DNA of 64,000 nt, taken from contig CAYYDZ010000001.1 in assembly GCA_964470715.1 (NCBI GenBank), positions 3,960 to 67,959 on the forward strand, written 5' to 3'. This DNA comes from an uncultured Microthrixaceae bacterium. GTDB lineage: Bacteria > Actinomycetota > Acidimicrobiia > Acidimicrobiales > DATDAH01. The position numbers and the translations under genes were made by a program. The notes under the pieces are model-generated. The model was not told where the DNA came from. It made no database searches and saw only the letters and a list, made by a program, of their open reading frames with translations. Shown one piece after another: positions 45,138 to 54,438 of the stretch (within the stretch, counting starts at the first letter, position 1; each line of letters opens with the position of its first letter).

Positions 45138-46832
45138 ATGGCCCACGACCTCGTGATCAAGGGTGGCGACGTGGTGGACGGGACCGGCGCGCCGGCCCGC
45201 CGCGCCGACGTCGCCGTGGACGGCGACCGCATCACCGCGGTCGGCGAGGTGGACGCCGGCGGCGCCGGCCGGGTGATCGACGCCGAGGGGCGTCTCGTCA
45301 CCCCCGGCTTCGTCGACCTGCACTCCCACCTCGACGCCCAGGTCGGCTGGGACCCGCTCATGTCCTCGTCGTGCTGGCACGGCGTGACGTCGGTGGTCAT
45401 GGGCAACTGCGGCATGACCTTCGCGCCCGTGCGGCCGGGCCAGGCCGAGACCCTCGCCACGATGATGGAGTCGGTCGAGGACATCCCTGCCGCCTGCATC
45501 CTCGAGGGCCTCTCGTGGGAGTGGGAGTCCTACGGTGAGTACCTCGACACCGTCGACACGCTGCCCCTCGGCATCAACGCCGGCGGATACGTGGGCGACG
45601 TGGCCCTGCGCACGTACGTCTGCGGCGATGCCGCCTGCGAGCCGGAGTTCGCCGCCAGCGAGGAGCAGATCGCCGAGATGGCCGCGCTCGTGCGGGCGGC
45701 GATCGAGGCCGGTGCTCTCGGCTACTCGATCTCGCGCAGCCTCTTCCACCGGGTCCCCGACGGGCGCAACGTCCCGGGCACCTGGAGCCACCCCGAGGAG
45801 TTCTTCGGCATCGCCGCCCCTCTGGGCGTCCTCGGCCGGGGCGTGCTCGAGAGCGCCCCCCGCTACAACGAGGAGAACGGCTCGGGCTCGCGTGTCGAGG
45901 AGGAGCTGGCGTGGATGGCGGAGATCAGCCGCCGCACCGGCCGCCCCTTCAGCTTCAACCTCCAGCAGATCGCCTCCCTCGGCGACCACTACCGCCAGGT
46001 CATCGCCCTCAGCGAGGCCGCCAACCGCACCGGTGCCCAATTGCGCCCCCAGATCACGCCGCGCAGCGTCGGCGTGCTGTTCAGCTTCGCGGCGAACACC
46101 CTCGTCGACGACCTGCCCTCCTTCGCCCCCCTCAAGGCGCTCGACCTCGCCGGCCGCCTCGCCGCCGTGCGCGACCCCGACGTCCGGGCCCGCCTCGTCG
46201 AGGAGGGCGCGGGCAAGGCCGTCGAGCCCTTCGAGCGCATGTACCTCGTCTCGCCCGACGACGTCCGCTACGCCTACACCGAGGCCGATTCCCTCGCCGG
46301 CATCGCCCGCGCCGCCGGCACCTCCCCGGTCGCCGCCTACCTCGACGCCATGGATGCGTCCGACGGGCGCGCCATCGTCAACTGGCCGGTCATGAACCAG
46401 GACGAGGCCGCCATCGAGGAGCAGATCACGTCGCCGGTCACCATCCTCGGCCTCGCCGACGCCGGTGCCCACGCCACCCAGATCATGGACGCCAGCCAGC
46501 CGACCTACCTGCTGGCCCATTGGGCCCGTGACCGGGGCGTGGTGAGCGTGGAAGAGGCCGTGCGCCGCCTCACCTCCGACACCGCCGACTTCATCGGCTA
46601 CCGGGACCGCGGCCGCGTGGTCGAGGGCGGCTTCGCCGACCTCAACGTGATCGACCTCGACGGTCTCGGCCTCGACGTTCCCGAGATCGTCCACGACTTC
46701 CCCGGCGCCGCCGCCCGCTTCGTGCAGACCGCCCACGGCATCGACCACACCATCGTCAACGGGCAGCCCTTCCTCGACCACGGCGAGCACACCGGCGCCG
46801 TCGCCGGCCGCCTCCTGCGCTCCACCGACTGA
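45138..46832 (+). CDS. N-acyl-D-amino-acid deacylase (D-aminoacylase) family amidohydrolase
   Basis: Lies within track ORF 44334..46832. Start at ATG 45138 (MAHDLVIKGGDVVDGTG...GFVDLHSHLD...GVTSVVMGNCG). Confidence 0.85.
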   Translation: MAHDLVIKGGDVVDGTGAPARRADVAVDGDRITAVGEVDAGGAGRVIDAEGRLVTPGFVDLHSHLDAQVGWDPLMSSSCWHGVTSVVMGNCGMTFAPVRPGQAETLATMMESVEDIPAACILEGLSWEWESYGEYLDTVDTLPLGINAGGYVGDVALRTYVCGDAACEPEFAASEEQIAEMAALVRAAIEAGALGYSISRSLFHRVPDGRNVPGTWSHPEEFFGIAAPLGVLGRGVLESAPRYNEENGSGSRVEEELAWMAEISRRTGRPFSFNLQQIASLGDHYRQVIALSEAANRTGAQLRPQITPRSVGVLFSFAANTLVDDLPSFAPLKALDLAGRLAAVRDPDVRARLVEEGAGKAVEPFERMYLVSPDDVRYAYTEADSLAGIARAAGTSPVAAYLDAMDASDGRAIVNWPVMNQDEAAIEEQITSPVTILGLADAGAHATQIMDASQPTYLLAHWARDRGVVSVEEAVRRLTSDTADFIGYRDRGRVVEGGFADLNVIDLDGLGLDVPEIVHDFPGAAARFVQTAHGIDHTIVNGQPFLDHGEHTGAVAGRLLRSTD

Positions 46833-46862
46833 CCCACCCCTGGCGCACCCGACCGGGTGACC

Positions 46863-46914
46863 CGTTCTGGCGCCTGATCAACTGGTCAGAGGCAGTACAT
46901 CGGGCGCCAGAAGG
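46863..46914. repeat. R2 palindromic repeat, copy 2
   Basis: CGTTCTGGCGCCTGAT, a 20-nt loop, then ATCGGGCGCCAGAAGG. The arms are identical to copy 1 and the loops are related (CTGG.CA...GTA). It lies between convergent stops. Confidence 0.55.
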
Positions 46915-46921
46915 CCAGGGG

Positions 46922-47347
46922 TCAGCGAGGCTCGACGGCGTCGGGGGCGGTGAGGGCCACCACCCGGTACGACAGGGCCACCGGCACGCGTCCCGTGGCC
47001 GAGATGTGCACCTGGACCCACGCCGGCCGGCCGCTGGGGTCGGGCACGAACGCCGCCGAGTACCCGAACAGGTTGAAGTGGTCGGAGACGTTGACGAGGC
47101 CCACGGTGACCGACAGCGAGCCGTCGGCGAGCTTGTCGGCCAGGTAAGGGAGGCTGTCGGGCAGGAAGAACGGCGACTCGATGCCGGCGCCCACCGTCAT
47201 GGTGATGGTCCCGAGGCTGCTGCGCTTCGGTCGGCCGCCGTACCAGACCACCCCCGAGTACTCGGTCATGCGCCGAGGCACGCCGGCGGCGGTCTCCACG
47301 AGCAGGTCCACACGGGCCTGAGGCTCCACCTCGATCGTCCCGGCCAT
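46922..47347 (-). CDS. Hypothetical protein (no recognisable domain)
   Basis: 141-aa ORF with normal composition for this genome. It sits divergent from the acyltransferase gene. Coding status is supported only by ORF length and codon look. Confidence 0.5.
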   Translation of the reverse strand: MAGTIEVEPQARVDLLVETAAGVPRRMTEYSGVVWYGGRPKRSSLGTITMTVGAGIESPFFLPDSLPYLADKLADGSLSVTVGLVNVSDHFNLFGYSAAFVPDPSGRPAWVQVHISATGRVPVALSYRVVALTAPDAVEPR

Positions 47348-47414
47348 GGCCCCCGACCGTAGCGGCGACGAACGTCACCTTTCAGGGACGACCCCGGGGC
47401 CGTAACATCGGTCC

Positions 47415-48305
47415 GTGGCCGAACCCGAACCGGAAGCGGCAGACGCCCTGCTCTCAGAGGCACCCAGCCAGGCCCTCGTGGCCCTGCCGCGAGAGGCCGA
47501 CGAGGCCGTACTCGACGACCCCCGAGAGAGCGACGTCGACGAGTGGGGTCGCTCCGAGCAGATGCGCAAGCTGGCCCGCCGCCTCTACGACCCGGTCTAC
47601 AAGCACTGGTTCCGGGTCGAGTGGGAGGGCCTCGAGAACATCCCCACCGACGGCGGCGCACTGCTCGTGGCCAACCACGCCGCCGCCATCCCCTCCGACG
47701 CCCCGGTGATCATGCACGGCATCGAGACCGAACTGGGCCGGCCTGTGTACGGCCTCGCCGACGACCTCTTCAAGGGGCTGCCCGTCGTGGGCACCCTCTG
47801 GTCGCGCACCGGCGGCGTCCCCGCCCATCCCGACAACGCCTACCGGCTCCTCCGCGAGCAGAAGCAGCTCGTGCTGGTGTTCCCCGAGGGCACCAAGGGG
47901 CCGGGCAAGAACTTCAGCCAGCGCTACCAGCTGCGCCGCTTCGGCCGGGGCGGCTTCGTCGAGATCGCCATGCGAGCCGGCGTGCCCGTCGTCCCCATCG
48001 CGGTCGTGGGGGCAGAGGAGTCCATGCCCACCCTCTACAACATGAGCCGCCTGGCCAAGGGCCTCGGGCTGCCGTACTTCCCCATCACCGCGAACATGTT
48101 GGCCTTCGGCCCCGTCGGGGCGGTCACCTACTTCCCCGCCAAGTTCAAGCTCCGCGTGCTGCCGCCGGTGCACTTCGACGTCACCCCGGACCAGCCCCGC
48201 TACTCCAAGAGCCGCATCATGGACGAGTCCGAGAGCGTCCGGGACAAGATCCAGCAGGCGCTCTTCGACATGTTGCGCAAGCGCCGCTCGGTCTGGTTCG
48301 GCTGA
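47415..48305 (+). CDS. Lysophospholipid/1-acylglycerol-3-phosphate acyltransferase family protein (PlsC-like)
   Basis: 296 aa. Contains LLVANHAAAIPSD and VFPEGTKG, the acyltransferase blocks I and III. Confidence 0.85.
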   Translation: MAEPEPEAADALLSEAPSQALVALPREADEAVLDDPRESDVDEWGRSEQMRKLARRLYDPVYKHWFRVEWEGLENIPTDGGALLVANHAAAIPSDAPVIMHGIETELGRPVYGLADDLFKGLPVVGTLWSRTGGVPAHPDNAYRLLREQKQLVLVFPEGTKGPGKNFSQRYQLRRFGRGGFVEIAMRAGVPVVPIAVVGAEESMPTLYNMSRLAKGLGLPYFPITANMLAFGPVGAVTYFPAKFKLRVLPPVHFDVTPDQPRYSKSRIMDESESVRDKIQQALFDMLRKRRSVWFG

Positions 48306-49348
48306 TGGGCCGGCGCATCCTCGTCACCGGCCTCGGGACCTTCTGGGGCGGTCGCGTGGCCCAGGCCCTCGAACAGGACCCGACGGTCGACATCATCGTC
48401 GGCCTCGACACCAAGCCGCCGTCGGTCGAGCTCGAGCGCACCGAGTTCGTTCGCGTCGACGAGAACTACTCGATCCTCTCCCGCATCGTGAAGGCCACCC
48501 AGGTCGACACGATCGTGCACACCTTCCTCGTGGTCAACAGCGACCAGATGCGGGCCAAGGCGATGCACGAGATCAACGTCATCGGCACCATGAACCTCTT
48601 CGCGGCGGCGTCCGCGGCGGGCAGCACCGTCCGCAACGTGGTGGTGAAGTCCTCGTCCCTCGTCTACGGGTCCGCGATCGGCGATCCGACCTGGTTCCGG
48701 GAGGACACCCCACGCACGAAGCCGCCCCACAACCGCGTCGAGCGCTCGCTCCTCGACGTCGAGGGCTACGTCCACGACTTCGCCGAGGACAACCCCCACG
48801 TGAACGTGTCGCTCCTGCGGTTCTCCAACGTGCTCGGGTCGGACAAGGTCACCCCCATCTCCCAGCTGCTCGAGCAGCCGGTGGTGCCCTACATCTTCGG
48901 CTACGACCCCCGCTTGCAGTTCGTGCACGAGACCGACGTCGTGCGCTCGATCATCTACGTGCTCGACAACGAGGTGGCGGGGATCTTCAACGTCGCCGGT
49001 GACGGGCTGCTGCCCTGGAGCGAGGTGGCCGCCATCTGCGCCAAGCGCCGCGTGCCGATGCTGCCGGTGGGCACGTCCCTCGCCACCCTTCCCCTGAAGG
49101 TGCTCGGCGGGGCCGACTTCAACCCCGAGACCATCGACCTGCTCAAGTACGGCCGCGGGATCGACAACCGACGGCTCCTCGGCACGGGATTCCGCTACCA
49201 CTACACGTCCGCGGGCACCGTGGCGGCCTTCGCCGAGGCCATGCGCCTGCGCAACACCATCGGCGACCACGAGCCCGGGTACCGCTACGAGAGCGACGTC
49301 GAGCAGTTCTTCCGCCACTCCCCCGCGGTCGTCCGCGAGCACCAGTAA
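48305..49348 (+). CDS. NAD-dependent epimerase/dehydratase family protein
   Basis: Lies within track ORF 47543..49348. ATG 48305 overlaps the upstream TGA (TGATG). The N-terminus ILVTGLGTFWGGRV is a Rossmann motif. About 347 aa. Confidence 0.85.
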   Translation: MGRRILVTGLGTFWGGRVAQALEQDPTVDIIVGLDTKPPSVELERTEFVRVDENYSILSRIVKATQVDTIVHTFLVVNSDQMRAKAMHEINVIGTMNLFAAASAAGSTVRNVVVKSSSLVYGSAIGDPTWFREDTPRTKPPHNRVERSLLDVEGYVHDFAEDNPHVNVSLLRFSNVLGSDKVTPISQLLEQPVVPYIFGYDPRLQFVHETDVVRSIIYVLDNEVAGIFNVAGDGLLPWSEVAAICAKRRVPMLPVGTSLATLPLKVLGGADFNPETIDLLKYGRGIDNRRLLGTGFRYHYTSAGTVAAFAEAMRLRNTIGDHEPGYRYESDVEQFFRHSPAVVREHQ

Positions 49349-49358
49349 GGGCCCCACG

Positions 49359-50120
49359 ATGACCTTCCTCCAGGTCGAGGTGGCCGACGGCGTGGCCGTC
49401 CTCACCCTCGATGACCCGCCTCGTCGCAACGCCCTGAACCTCACCCTCGTGGACGAGATCGTGGCGGCCCTCGACGACGTCGAGGCGCGAGATGACGTCG
49501 GGGCGGTCGTGGTCACGGGTGCGGCCCCCGCCTTCTGCGCCGGCGCCGACCTGTCCGATCTCGGCGACTCGCAGCGCGACGGCCTCAATCGGATCTACCA
49601 GGGGTTCCTGCGCTTCTCCCGGTCACCGCTGCCCACCATCGCCGCGGTGAACGGCGCCGCCGTCGGGGCCGGCATGAACCTCGCCCTGTGCTGCGACCTG
49701 CGCTTGGCCGGCGCCTCCGCCCGCTTCGACACCCGGTTCCTCCAGCTCGGCATCCACCCCGGCGGCGGGCACACCTGGATGCTGCGCCGGGCCGTCGGGG
49801 CGCAGGCCGCCGCGGCCATGGTGCTCTGCGGTGAGGTGCTCGACGCCCCGGATGCCGAGCGCATCGGCCTCGTGTGGCGCACCGTCGCCGACGACGAGCT
49901 GCTGCCCACCGCCCGGGCCATGGGCGCCAAGGCCGCCGGCGTCCCCCACGAGCTGCTGCGCCGCACCAAGGCCACCTTGGCCGACATGGCCACCATCGAC
50001 CACCACGACGCTGCCGTGGCCCGCGAGCTCGAAACCCAGGTGTGGTCCATCGGCCAGCCCGAGTTCAAGGCCCGCCTCGGGCAGCTCCAGGCGAGGATCA
50101 GCTCGAAGCCCCGGCCGTAG
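49359..50120 (+). CDS. Enoyl-CoA hydratase/isomerase (crotonase) family protein
   Basis: 253 aa. Contains VVVTGAAPAFCAGADL and AAVNGAAVGAGMNLALCCD. Confidence 0.9.
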   Translation: MTFLQVEVADGVAVLTLDDPPRRNALNLTLVDEIVAALDDVEARDDVGAVVVTGAAPAFCAGADLSDLGDSQRDGLNRIYQGFLRFSRSPLPTIAAVNGAAVGAGMNLALCCDLRLAGASARFDTRFLQLGIHPGGGHTWMLRRAVGAQAAAAMVLCGEVLDAPDAERIGLVWRTVADDELLPTARAMGAKAAGVPHELLRRTKATLADMATIDHHDAAVARELETQVWSIGQPEFKARLGQLQARISSKPRP

Positions 50121-50152
50121 AACGGGACCACGCCGGCGGGCTCGCCGCCGGG

Positions 50153-50788
50153 TCAGTCGATCCAAGCTGCCAGGAGGCCTTCTCGCTGCTCCACCCACTC
50201 CTCACGGGTGAGGGCGTAGCGGACGTGGTCCTCCCACGTGCCGTTGATCTCGAGGTAGCGAACCGCCGTCCCCTCGTCGCGGAGGCCCAGCTTGGCCACC
50301 ACCCGGCGGCTCGCGGTGTTGCGGGGGATGATGGCGATCTGCATCCGGTGCAGGTGCAGGTCCTCGAAGACGAACTTCGCCAGCGCGACCACTGCTTCGG
50401 GAACGTAGCCGTGGCCGGCGTGGCGCTCGTCGATCCAGTAGCCCACGTAGGCAGACTGGAACGGACCCCGTTGCACCGCGTTGAGGTTGATCTCGCCGGC
50501 GAACTCGCCCTCGACGAAGATGCCGAAGCCATAGCCGGTCCCCAGTTGTCGCTCGCGCTCACGCGCGCTGCACCGCACGAGGAAGGCGTCGCGGTCACGG
50601 GTGGTGTCGGGTTGGCCGGGGATGCGCTGGGGCTCCCACTTGGTGAGCCAGTCGACGTTGCGCTGGCGCACCTCCCGCCATGCCGAGAAGTCGTTGGCCC
50701 GCAGGGTTCGCAGGATGATCCGCCGCCCGATGAGCGTGGTCACGTCGGCGTCCCGGGCGCGCGCCCTCCCGGCATCAGTGCGACGCAC
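50153..50788 (-). CDS. GNAT N-acetyltransferase (RimJ/RimL-like)
   Basis: 211 aa. Contains RRIILRTLRANDF, GYWIDERHAGHGY, and RMQIAIIPRN.AS..V..KLG.R.EG. Confidence 0.85.
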   Translation of the reverse strand: MRRTDAGRARARDADVTTLIGRRIILRTLRANDFSAWREVRQRNVDWLTKWEPQRIPGQPDTTRDRDAFLVRCSARERERQLGTGYGFGIFVEGEFAGEINLNAVQRGPFQSAYVGYWIDERHAGHGYVPEAVVALAKFVFEDLHLHRMQIAIIPRNTASRRVVAKLGLRDEGTAVRYLEINGTWEDHVRYALTREEWVEQREGLLAAWID

Positions 50789-51179
50789 CGCGGCGCTGCC
50801 TGCGAGTCGGCTTGTCGACGGTCACGACCTGGAGCCCGCCCAGCATCGAGCTCAAGAGGTTGAAGATGATGGCGGCCACGACGTTGAACAAGGTGCCCAT
50901 CACGACGAGGATGAGCGCCACGCCCCACAGGCCCGAAAGCATCTGGCTGGGGAGGAACTCGAAGTCCCGATAGCCGGTGTCCTCCACGAAGCTCTCGAAC
51001 GCATCGACGGACCCGGTGCCGACGAGGAAGGCCCAGAGCAGGACGAGCAGGCCGACCCCCGTGGCGACGGCGGCGAGGTAGAACGGCAGCGACACCTTTG
51101 CGACCGACCACACGTTGACGCTGTAGACGACGGAGCGATGCTGCGCCGGAGACCGTTCCTGGTGGCTCATCGGAATCAC
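50775..51179 (-). CDS. DUF3566-type transmembrane protein
   Basis: 134 aa (GTG 51179 or ATG 51170). Contains VNVWSVAKVSLPFYL and NLLSSMLGGLQV, with two TM segments. Confidence 0.75.
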   Translation of the reverse strand: MIPMSHQERSPAQHRSVVYSVNVWSVAKVSLPFYLAAVATGVGLLVLLWAFLVGTGSVDAFESFVEDTGYRDFEFLPSQMLSGLWGVALILVVMGTLFNVVAAIIFNLLSSMLGGLQVVTVDKPTRRQRRGASH

Positions 51180-52075
51180 AATAAGCTGAGCACGAGCCCG
51201 TCGAGGATGTCCGCCTCAGAGACGTGGCACTCGTCGAAGCCGAAGCGGCGCATGATGGCCACCAGCACGCAGCAACCGCCGACGATCACGTCGGCCCGCT
51301 GCGCCTCCATGCCGGGGTTCTCCTTGCGCTGCTCGATGGTCTCGGTGGCCAGGGTGCGAAACACGTCTTCGGCCGCGGCCCGGGTCAGCACGAAGTGGTG
51401 GATCATCTCTGGGTCGTACTCGGGGAGGCCCTGTTCGACGGCGGCCACGGTGGTGACGGTGCCGGCGAGACCCACGAAGCGGCGGACGTCGCGAACCTGC
51501 GGGATCTCACGCTCGAGATCGTCGAGGTGGGCGTCCACCACGGAGAGGGCGGCACTCAGCTCGGCGGCCTGCGGCGGGTCGTGGTGGAGGAACTTCTCGG
51601 TGAGGCGGACGCAGCCCATGTCGAGCGACAGGACACCCTCCACCGCGGTGGTGCCCACGACGAACTCGGTCGAGCCGCCGCCGATGTCGGCCACCAGGAA
51701 GGGCCCGTCGGCGGGGTCGAGGTCAGCGGTCGCTCCTCGGAACGACAGCTCGCCCTCCTCGTGGCCGGCCAGCAACTCGGGGCGGGTGCCGACGATGGCC
51801 TGGGCGACGTCGAAGAACTCGTCGCGGTTGGCGGCGTCGCGCGCCGCCGAGGTGGCGGTGATGCGGACGCGCTCGACGCCGTGGCGATCCATCACCGCCC
51901 GGTAGCGGCGCAGGGTGTCGATGGTGCGCTCGATGGCGGCGGGGTCGAGGGCGCCGGTGGCGTCCACCCCCTGGCCCAGCCGGGTGATCTCCATGAGACG
52001 CTCGATCGGGCGCCCCTCGTCGTCGGCCACGAGCAGACGGGTGGAGTTCGTGCCGCAATCGATCGCCGCGTTCAT
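51176..52075 (-). CDS. ppx: Exopolyphosphatase / guanosine pentaphosphate phosphohydrolase family (Ppx/GppA)
   Basis: Lies within track ORF 51176..52213. Start at ATG 52075 (MNAAIDCGTNSTRLLVAD...ATSAARDA.N...F...DIGGGSTEF). Confidence 0.9.
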   Translation of the reverse strand: MNAAIDCGTNSTRLLVADDEGRPIERLMEITRLGQGVDATGALDPAAIERTIDTLRRYRAVMDRHGVERVRITATSAARDAANRDEFFDVAQAIVGTRPELLAGHEEGELSFRGATADLDPADGPFLVADIGGGSTEFVVGTTAVEGVLSLDMGCVRLTEKFLHHDPPQAAELSAALSVVDAHLDDLEREIPQVRDVRRFVGLAGTVTTVAAVEQGLPEYDPEMIHHFVLTRAAAEDVFRTLATETIEQRKENPGMEAQRADVIVGGCCVLVAIMRRFGFDECHVSEADILDGLVLSLL

Positions 52076-52578
52076 CCTTGCCCCTGCTTCGTCGGAGCGC
52101 CTCCGCCATCCGGTTCGCGATCGGGCGGCGCCGCGTCGAGGTGGTCCGCCACCCAGCGGCCGACGGGGTCGTCGCCGCCGGCCAGGTGCCAGGCGTAGTG
52201 GGCGTGCAGGCACTTGACCCCTTGGCGGGTGCCCCCGACGCCGCCGTAGGGGCGCGGGCCCTCGTGATCCGCCGGCAGGGCGGCATCGCGCTCGGCGGCG
52301 TAGCGCGCGTGCGCCTCGGCGAGGGCCGTCGGGTCGACCTCGCGCTCCGCCCGGCGCACTCCGCCGTCGGCCTCGAGCCGTCCGACCAGGGTGCGCGGGC
52401 GGGCACCGACCAGCCAGTACCGGGTGGGCATCGGCGTGCCATCGTCGAGCAGGGGTGCGTTGCGGATCACCAGCGAGCCACCGTCTTCGTCCACCACGAC
52501 GACCTCGTAGGCGCCCTGCGGCTCCCGTCCGAGCAGGTCGGCCACGGTGGGGGCCCCGTGCTCGTCGGTCAGCTCCAT
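52072..52578 (-). CDS. DUF501 domain-containing protein
   Basis: C-terminal 168 aa of track ORF 52072..53307. Start at ATG 52578 (MELTDEHG). Contains GGVGGTRQGVKCLHAHYAWHLAGG. It overlaps the ppx start by 4 bp. Confidence 0.8.
   Translation of the reverse strand: MELTDEHGAPTVADLLGREPQGAYEVVVVDEDGGSLVIRNAPLLDDGTPMPTRYWLVGARPRTLVGRLEADGGVRRAEREVDPTALAEAHARYAAERDAALPADHEGPRPYGGVGGTRQGVKCLHAHYAWHLAGGDDPVGRWVADHLDAAPPDREPDGGGAPTKQGQG
52085..52125 (+). repeat. R1 repeat core in opposite orientation, embedded in the 3' end of the DUF501 CDS
   Basis: CTTCGTCGGAGCGCCTCCGCCATCCGGTTCGCG matches the reverse complement of copy B (CTTCGTCGGACCGCCTTCGGCATCCGGTTCGCC) at about 29 of 33 positions by eye. Confidence 0.45.
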
Positions 52579-53123
52579 CGCTCGAGGTCCTCCAGCGTGT
52601 CGATGTCTCCGGGATCGCCCGGGCACGGTACCTCCACCACCAGGTCGGGGCGGTCCCGGAACAGGGCCCTCGCCCCTTCGTCGCCGCTGGTGGGCAGCAG
52701 GGGCCAGACCGAGCGGTGGAGGCGCACCGGGGGGCGGCGCTCGCCTGCGAAGGCCGCCGTCACCACGAGCCCCTCGGCCGGGGCCCCGGCGACCAGGCGC
52801 CAGGCCTCCGGCGGGACCAGCGGCTGGTCGGCGAGGCCGACGACCACGGCGTCGTGGCCGGCGGCGTCGGCGGCGGCGATGCCAGCGGCCAACGAGGTGG
52901 CCTGGCCCTCGGCCGCCCTCGGGTTCGCCACCGCGCGGGCCCGCGGCGGCAACAGGTCGGCGAGGCCGTCCTGTCCCACCACCACCAGTAGTTCGTCGAG
53001 GCCGGCGTCGGCCGCCGCGCCGAAGGCCCATTGGGCCAGCGGACGGCCCCGGAAGGGCGCCCGCAGCTTGCCGGGGAGACGGCGACCCAGCCCCGCCGCC
53101 AGGACGACGGCAGCGGTGGTCAA
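52569..53123 (-). CDS. MobA/MocA-like nucleotidyltransferase (NTP_transf_3; molybdenum cofactor nucleotidylyltransferase-like)
   Basis: 184 aa with a TTG start that overlaps the upstream stop (TTGA). Contains VVLAAGLGRRL and ADQPLV. Confidence 0.7.
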   Translation of the reverse strand: MTTAAVVLAAGLGRRLPGKLRAPFRGRPLAQWAFGAAADAGLDELLVVVGQDGLADLLPPRARAVANPRAAEGQATSLAAGIAAADAAGHDAVVVGLADQPLVPPEAWRLVAGAPAEGLVVTAAFAGERRPPVRLHRSVWPLLPTSGDEGARALFRDRPDLVVEVPCPGDPGDIDTLEDLERWS

Positions 53124-53671
53124 CGGCCGCCGGTGAAGGGCTTGGTGCGCACCGTGACGCCGCCGAGCACGGCGCGGGTCTCCACCCGCACGACCGGCAT
53201 GCCCGGCCGCACGGGCCCCTTCTTGACCCGGTAGTCACGGCTGCCGAAGACCGCGAAGCCGCCGAGGTCCACGTGCACGCCCTCGGGGACCAGGATCTCG
53301 ATCCCACCGACGATGGCCCACGCCCGGATCACCAGGTCGTGGTCGACCACCGCGTCGCACAGGTCGATCTGGGCGCTGCCGAACACCGCCACGGCGTCGA
53401 AGGACTGCGCCGGCCGCCAACGCCCGCACTGGCGCGCCCCGCTGAACACGCCGATGGCACTCGTCCGCTCGATCAGCGGCGGCGCCGCGGCCAGGGCGGG
53501 GAGGTCGGCGGTGGGCCGGGTCAGCTCGGCCCAGGTGCGGGCGGCGTAGACCTCGCCGACGCGCTCGGCGAACTCGTCCAGGGTCAGGCGCCCGTCGGAG
53601 GTGCACTGGCGGAGGCGCTCGATCTCCTGCTGGCGTTCGACGTCTCCGATCAGCTCGTCGGGCGCAGGCAT
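53120..53671 (-). CDS. DUF1707 protein with LiaF-like C-terminal domain (cell-envelope stress-associated)
   Basis: 183 aa. Contains DGRLTLDEFAERVGEVYAARTWAEL (DUF1707) and a C-terminal AVFGSAQIDL...GGIEILVPEGV. Confidence 0.7.
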   Translation of the reverse strand: MPAPDELIGDVERQQEIERLRQCTSDGRLTLDEFAERVGEVYAARTWAELTRPTADLPALAAAPPLIERTSAIGVFSGARQCGRWRPAQSFDAVAVFGSAQIDLCDAVVDHDLVIRAWAIVGGIEILVPEGVHVDLGGFAVFGSRDYRVKKGPVRPGMPVVRVETRAVLGGVTVRTKPFTGGR

Positions 53672-53677
53672 GCGCCA

Positions 53678-53687
53678 AGGGTACGGT
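53678..53687. promoter_or_regulatory. Overlapping back-to-back -10-like hexamers in a 23-bp divergent intergenic region (both genes likely leaderless)
   Basis: On the plus strand, TACGGT (53682-53687) lies 7 nt before ATG 53695. On the minus strand, TACCCT (complement of 53678-53683) lies 6 nt before ATG 53671. Neither gene has room for an SD. Confidence 0.35.
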
Positions 53688-53694
53688 CTCCCAC

Positions 53695-54438
53695 ATGGAT
53701 CTGGGACTGCGCGGCCGGGTCGCCGCGGTCGCCGCGGCGTCGACGGGGCTCGGCCTCGCCACCGCCCGCGCGCTGGCCGCCGAGGGCGTCCGGGTGGCCA
53801 TCTGCGGCCGCCACGCCGATCGCCTCGAGGCCGCCGCGGCCAGCATCGACGGGGAGGTCGTGACCGTCGTCGCCGACGTGAGCGACCCCGACGACGCCGC
53901 CCGCTTCCTCGCGGAGACCGCCGAGGCGCTCGGCCCCGTGGACATCCTCGTGGCCAACGCCGGCGGCCCCCCCGGCGGCACCTTCGCCTCCACCGAGCTC
54001 GCCGGCTACGAGGAGGCCCTGCGCCTCAACCTGCTCTCCACGATCGCCCTGTGCCAGGCCGCGGTCCCGGGCATGCAAGAGCGAGGGTGGGGTCGAGTCG
54101 TGGCCATCACCTCGGTGGGTGCTCGTCAGCCCATCGGCCGCCTCATCGCCTCGAGCACCGCCCGTGCCGGCGTCACCGCGTTCCTCAAGGTGCTGGCCAC
54201 GGAGGTCGCCGGCGACGGCGTCACCGTCAACTCCGTGCAGCCGGGCATGCACGCCACCGATCGACTCTCCCACCTGGGCACCGCGCTCGATGACCTCGCC
54301 CGCCAGATCCCGGTCGGCTTCGTCGGTGACCCCGCGGACTTCGGCGCGATCGTCACGTTCCTCTGCTCCGAGCAAGCCAAGTTCATCACCGGCTCGGCCC
54401 TCCCGATCGAGGGTGGCACCGTAGGAGGTCTCCAATGA
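53695..54438 (+). CDS. SDR family oxidoreductase
   Basis: 247 aa. Short-chain dehydrogenase pattern with NAGG, and a C-terminal FITGSALPIEGG. Confidence 0.85.
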   Translation: MDLGLRGRVAAVAAASTGLGLATARALAAEGVRVAICGRHADRLEAAAASIDGEVVTVVADVSDPDDAARFLAETAEALGPVDILVANAGGPPGGTFASTELAGYEEALRLNLLSTIALCQAAVPGMQERGWGRVVAITSVGARQPIGRLIASSTARAGVTAFLKVLATEVAGDGVTVNSVQPGMHATDRLSHLGTALDDLARQIPVGFVGDPADFGAIVTFLCSEQAKFITGSALPIEGGTVGGLQ

